A stretch of DNA of 63,340 bases, counting the filler. It is 4 parts of 4 records of this genome, joined end to end, with 100 filler letters (N's around TTAATTAATTAA, not from the genome) between each part and the next. Parts side by side here need not be neighbours in the genome. Positions count along the whole stretch, not along the records: positions 50,230 to 63,340 come from SRR31156797_3576; 3 more parts are not named here. One strand, written 5' to 3'. Of the stretch, positions 62,201-63,340 are shown in pieces. The position numbers were made by a program, and so were the translations under genes. Below the pieces are notes generated by a model that was given only the letters and a program-made list of their open reading frames with translations, had not been told where the DNA came from and did no database searches. Position 1 is the first letter of the stretch, and each line of letters opens with the position of its first letter.

Positions 62201-62679
62201 CATTTGACTTCCCAAGACAAGGAAAAGCTCCCCATAGATCGATCACAGATTATTTCAAAGCTGATGAGTTTGATGTAGTTGGATTTAGTTTTGCTTCAAG
62301 TGGTTTAAAAATCACAGATTTTGAAAAAGATATCTACGATAAAGGTGAGTTCAACAGATACTACCAAGTGCATGGACTAGGAGTAGAACTCGCTGAAGCA
62401 GTAGCAGAGATAGTTCATAAACAAATTAGAATGGATCTAAATATCGTGGATAATGAAAAACCTATCTTAAAAGATGTACGAATGAAAAACTATCAAGGGT
62501 GTAGATACTCTCCAGGGTACACTTCATGTCCTGATCTCGCACAAAATAGAACTATCTTTGATCTACTCAATCCTGAAAAGTATGGTGTGGAACTCAGTGA
62601 AACATACCAAATCCACCCAGAACAATCTACTGTAGCAATAGTAGTTCCAAACAAAGAAGCAAAATACTTCAATCTATGA
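59242..62679 (+). CDS. metH: Cobalamin-dependent methionine synthase
   Basis: DGAMGT, GFNC, GGCCGT, IGERSN, GDVHDVGKN, RYSPGY..CPDL, PEQST. Confidence 0.98.
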   Translation: MSIKEQILQLIQKRPLIIDGAMGTQLQTYGVPDEAWIDPKGENQEGCNELLNKTAPEILEKIHNAYAMAGADLIKTNTFGSMPWVLDEYGLGDMSYELSRLGCEHVKKICEKYTTAEKPRFVLASIGPGTKLPSLGHISYDEIYSGYCTMAKGLVDGGTDIFLLETCQDPLQIKAALHALQDTAPNIPIMVSATIELSGTMLIGTDASTIATIMEPFDILSLGFNCGTGPEQVKKHLEILSETSNKYLSIHANAGLPQNKGGYTFYPMGPDEFASLQKSFLEFDGVSFLGGCCGTTPQHIKALHDATLNITPKIPTGNHPTSLASLFNSVELKQNPAPLLIGERSNATGSKAFRELLKAEDYEGTLTVGQQQVRAGAHVIDVSVGFAGRDETKDMDEVVSRYTQKINLPLMPDSTQIPALEKALKLIGGKPIINSVNLEDGEEKFDEICQLAKKYGASLVCLVIDEVAMAKTKEDKVRIAERIYQRAVTIHGLNPEDLVFDMLVFTIGSGDEEYFTAGIETIEAIREFTTMHPEVSTTLGLSNISFGLDKDARVYLNSVFLHHCVEAGLSSAIVNVKHLIPINKMSDEDLKACEDLLFNKRDEDDPLFAFIEHFSNVEKLEEQTDEEFQKLSDKEKVIQLLKDGDKERLIPLAMELKDTINADVIVNEWLIEGMKEIGELFGAGIMQLPFVLQSAETMKATVDQLNPYLPKIEKATETTLVLGTVKGDVHDVGKNLVDIILSNNGFKVVNIGIKAGIQEFIESAKEHNADAIGMSGLLVKSTNEMKANLEELEAQNIDIPVLLGGAALTKAFIDDFCRPIYKGSIFYARDAFDGVVAMQRIEKGGDIDTAMAADLVQIDENIQKEEKVEFNPDLHTPELLANNHTFNPPFWGIRDMGNAFNKELAFEWINHRVLFRQRWGYKKGKQSSEDFKAHEENVVKPLYEDLKEEFLSKGIFEPIALYGYFPCKANDTILEIYDDEKENIIATFDFPRQGKAPHRSITDYFKADEFDVVGFSFASSGLKITDFEKDIYDKGEFNRYYQVHGLGVELAEAVAEIVHKQIRMDLNIVDNEKPILKDVRMKNYQGCRYSPGYTSCPDLAQNRTIFDLLNPEKYGVELSETYQIHPEQSTVAIVVPNKEAKYFNL

Positions 62680-63185
62680 TACTTATCCATACAGCTTTAC
62701 AGTGTGAAGCACAATGTATCATAGAAAAGTATAAACTACAAAAAACAAACTCAAATCCTAAAATATACTCCAATGAAAAATTTCTAGTTCTTATTGGAGG
62801 GGTTGGGAAAGAAAATACAATAAAAAACTTATCGTATATATTTGATCATTATACTATAGCAAAAGCTATTAATCTAGGAATTGCAGGATGTAGTGATTTA
62901 AATACCCCTATAGGCGCAGTATATAGCTGTTATAGTCAACATGAAGGAATAACCTATAAAGAACTGATAACTGTTAATACAGCTCAAACTACAAATGATT
63001 TTAATAACTTCCTTTATGATATGGAAGGAAACTATTTTATTGAGATAGTAAAACAGTTTTTAGATGATAAAGATATTGATATCTTTAAAATAGTATCAGA
63101 TCACTTAGATGATAAAATAAAAGATAAAGATACTATTAAAAGCCTTATATCCAAACAACTTTCTAAAATTTCTTATACTTTATAG
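62676..63185 (+). CDS. Nucleoside phosphorylase / MTA-SAH nucleosidase-like protein
   Basis: ALQCEA, GGVG, INLGIAG, YDMEG, KIVSD; ATGA overlap with metH. Confidence 0.75.
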   Translation: MILIHTALQCEAQCIIEKYKLQKTNSNPKIYSNEKFLVLIGGVGKENTIKNLSYIFDHYTIAKAINLGIAGCSDLNTPIGAVYSCYSQHEGITYKELITVNTAQTTNDFNNFLYDMEGNYFIEIVKQFLDDKDIDIFKIVSDHLDDKIKDKDTIKSLISKQLSKISYTL

Positions 63186-63340
63186 TTGTTTCATAATTCA
63201 TCTTTTAATACTTATTTTAATACAAACTACAATACATATAATAAAACAACTAATCTAAAAGAATTAAAGAATAAAGAATCATAGCATAAAAGCATTAGTA
63301 AAGTAATAAATAAGAATAAAAAAAGCACCAAAGAAGTTGG

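Noticed and set aside
1-63340. CRISPR array or cas genes
   Set aside because: I saw no regularly spaced repeat-spacer array and no Cas motifs; the only tandem repeats are coding (29650-29872).

Overview
The window is four unrelated contigs joined by artificial 100-nt linkers (N-run + TTAATTAATTAA + N-run) at 30141-30240, 35932-36031 and 50130-50229, so no linkage should be inferred across them. Taxonomic labels below are my inference from gene content and composition. Contig 1 (1-30140, AT-rich, Clostridia-like) holds a 3'-truncated STAND-NTPase/TPR gene missed by the ORF track, a short alaS, a GtrA/flavoprotein/GT-C-like module, prfC, a rearranged bipartite oriC (dnaA-dnaN-recF-ispE, without rpmH or gyrB), recA, a divergent class III cyclase-like two-gene unit, and a complete non-autonomous IS1595-family cargo element (perfect 25-bp TIRs, 8-bp TSD). 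Contig 2 (30241-35931, Desulfobacterales-like) holds lipoproteins, a CheD lacking its catalytic Cys paired with an HDOD gene, and a pilT/pilU end. Contig 3 (36032-50129, Desulfobacterales-like) holds an SLC13-Yip1-REC/CBS cluster, msrAB, and a ten-gene zinc-finger/DUF4129/DUF4350/MoxR/DUF58/SpoIIM/RDD membrane operon of unknown function. Contig 4 (50230-63340, Campylobacterota/Arcobacter-like) holds an MBOAT fragment, queE-C-F-D, a frameshifted HD-GYP gene, tRNA-Arg(UCG), rpsU, peptidoglycan peptidases and metH. The best candidates for undescribed systems are the MoxR/zinc-finger membrane operon, the cyclase-like unit beside recA and the IS1595 cargo. All family calls come from motif recognition by eye, not database searches.
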